Shown here in pieces: positions 63,299 to 64,000 of a stretch of DNA of 64,000 bases. The DNA comes from Oscillospiraceae bacterium (lineage in GTDB: Bacteria; Bacillota; Clostridia; Oscillospirales; CAG-272). Positions within the stretch are counted from its first letter, which is position 1; every line of letters starts with the position of its first letter. The stretch spans positions 9,794 through 73,793 of the forward strand of contig SVQP01000005.1 of the NCBI GenBank assembly GCA_015065285.1, in the 5' to 3' direction. The translations under genes were made by a program, and so were the position numbers. The notes beneath the pieces were generated by a model. That model saw only the letters and a list, made by a program, of their open reading frames with translations, did not search any database and had not been told where the DNA came from.

Positions 63299-64000
63299 AT
63301 GCAAATCAAAGATATATTCAAAAAGAAGGGGAGCGAACGGCTTCCCATTACCAAAGAGGAGATTGCCAAGGCAGCGCGCATACTGCGCGATTGGCGTGCA
63401 GCAAGACGCCCCTTGGATTCACGGCTGCAGAGTGATGAGATCTACTGGCAGGGCAGATACGGAAGTCAGGCACCGGCACAGGTGCGAGACCTTGGCTGCT
63501 CGGCATGGATGTTCAACAGCATTGCCAATCGCCATGCGGATATGATGGATCATATGCCCACCTGCACCTGCCTGCCGCGCGAGCAGAGCGATCGGGAGCA
63601 GGCGGAAATGCTCTCGCAGATCATTCCGGTCATTCTGGACCGTTGCGGCTTTGAAGCGTTGTACTCGGATCATATGTGGTACAAGCTCAAGCATGGCGTC
63701 AGTGCCTTTGGCGTATTCTGGAATAACCGTTTGGAAAACGGCTTTGGCGATATTGACGTGCGCCGCGTGGAAATGAGCAATCTCTATTTTGATCCGAGCG
63801 TGCGCGACCTGCAACAGAGTAAGCATTTGTTCCTGCTTGCCGAGGTGGATACCGAGGAGCTGGAGCAAAGCTATCCCGCCTATTTTGAGCGCAATACTTT
63901 CAAGACCGATCCCGAGGGTATTTTCTTTGGCGCAGATGACGGTAAGACGCTGGTGGTGGACTGGTACTACAAGAAAACCGTGGATGGCAGGGAGCTTTTG
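63299..64000 (+). CDS. Phage portal protein (5' part; runs off the window)
   Basis: The frame is open from the ATG at 63299 (GAAGGAG RBS) to the window end, 234 codons. It sits directly after terL. The ORF is absent from the supplied track because it has no stop. Confidence 0.65.
   Translation, partial: MQIKDIFKKKGSERLPITKEEIAKAARILRDWRAARRPLDSRLQSDEIYWQGRYGSQAPAQVRDLGCSAWMFNSIANRHADMMDHMPTCTCLPREQSDREQAEMLSQIIPVILDRCGFEALYSDHMWYKLKHGVSAFGVFWNNRLENGFGDIDVRRVEMSNLYFDPSVRDLQQSKHLFLLAEVDTEELEQSYPAYFERNTFKTDPEGIFFGADDGKTLVVDWYYKKTVDGRELL

Larger units (their letters stand above)
60003..64000. mobile_element. Prophage-like element, left part (repressor, small ORFs, terminase, portal); continues beyond the window
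   Basis: A CI-type repressor is divergent from a rightward operon that contains terS, terL and portal genes. Confidence 0.75.

Noticed and set aside
1-64000. tRNA, rRNA, tmRNA, RNase P or other standard RNA genes.
   Set aside because: Reading the intergenic regions I found no cloverleaf-compatible sequence and no rRNA-like segment. This is a negative by-eye result and should be confirmed with tRNAscan-SE and Infernal.

Overview
This 64-kb chromosomal segment reads like a spore-forming, H2-metabolising anaerobic Firmicute of class Clostridia. The taxon is an inference from sigG, the [FeFe]-hydrogenase operon, overall gene content and GC3-rich codon usage. I support about 71 protein-coding genes. 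I recognised no rRNA, tRNA or CRISPR array. All functional calls rest on by-eye motif recognition; no database search was run.

Main blocks:
- 1-3.1 kb: two GNAT genes, a membrane-anchored XRE regulator, and pnuC behind a terminator-containing leader. A 650-bp ORF-free stretch here is packed with phased and inverted repeats.
- 3.3-11.7 kb: a HydABC-type (NuoE/NuoF-linked) [FeFe]-hydrogenase operon. It is interrupted by a six-gene sensory cassette (DRTGG, HATPase, HydS-like hydrogenase, DRTGG, PHP, HATPase).
- 12-38.8 kb: mostly housekeeping genes (pfkA, dusB, prs, rimM, trmD, ptsH, uvrC, rsmD, coaD, GH1, rhaB). Also present are two XRE-TPR regulators, a GNAT-RluA fusion, an ASRT-family protein, a tyrosine recombinase and an O-antigen-ligase-like protein.
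- 38.9-44.1 kb: an AT-richer patch. It holds four tandem paralogous polytopic membrane proteins, three of which share an acidic LPAGVxxxDF-type tail, and an orphan phage tail-fibre/chaperone pair.
- 46.2-59.1 kb: a 12-gene EpsG/Wzy-type polysaccharide locus with an aldolase plus dehydrogenase pair, a pyruvyltransferase-FrhB fusion and glf.
- 59.2 kb: sigG, whose ribosome-binding site sits inside a perfect 15-bp hairpin.
- From 60.0 kb: a prophage-like element in which a CI-type repressor is followed almost directly by terminase and portal genes.

Three kinds of structured intergenic repeat occur, and one of them looks like a miniature insertion into the prs terminator. The best candidates for undescribed biology are:
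- the hydrogenase-embedded sensory cassette;
- the four-paralog membrane array;
- the compact PBSX-like element together with the distant orphan tail-fibre genes;
- the ATGAATT-word repeat family.
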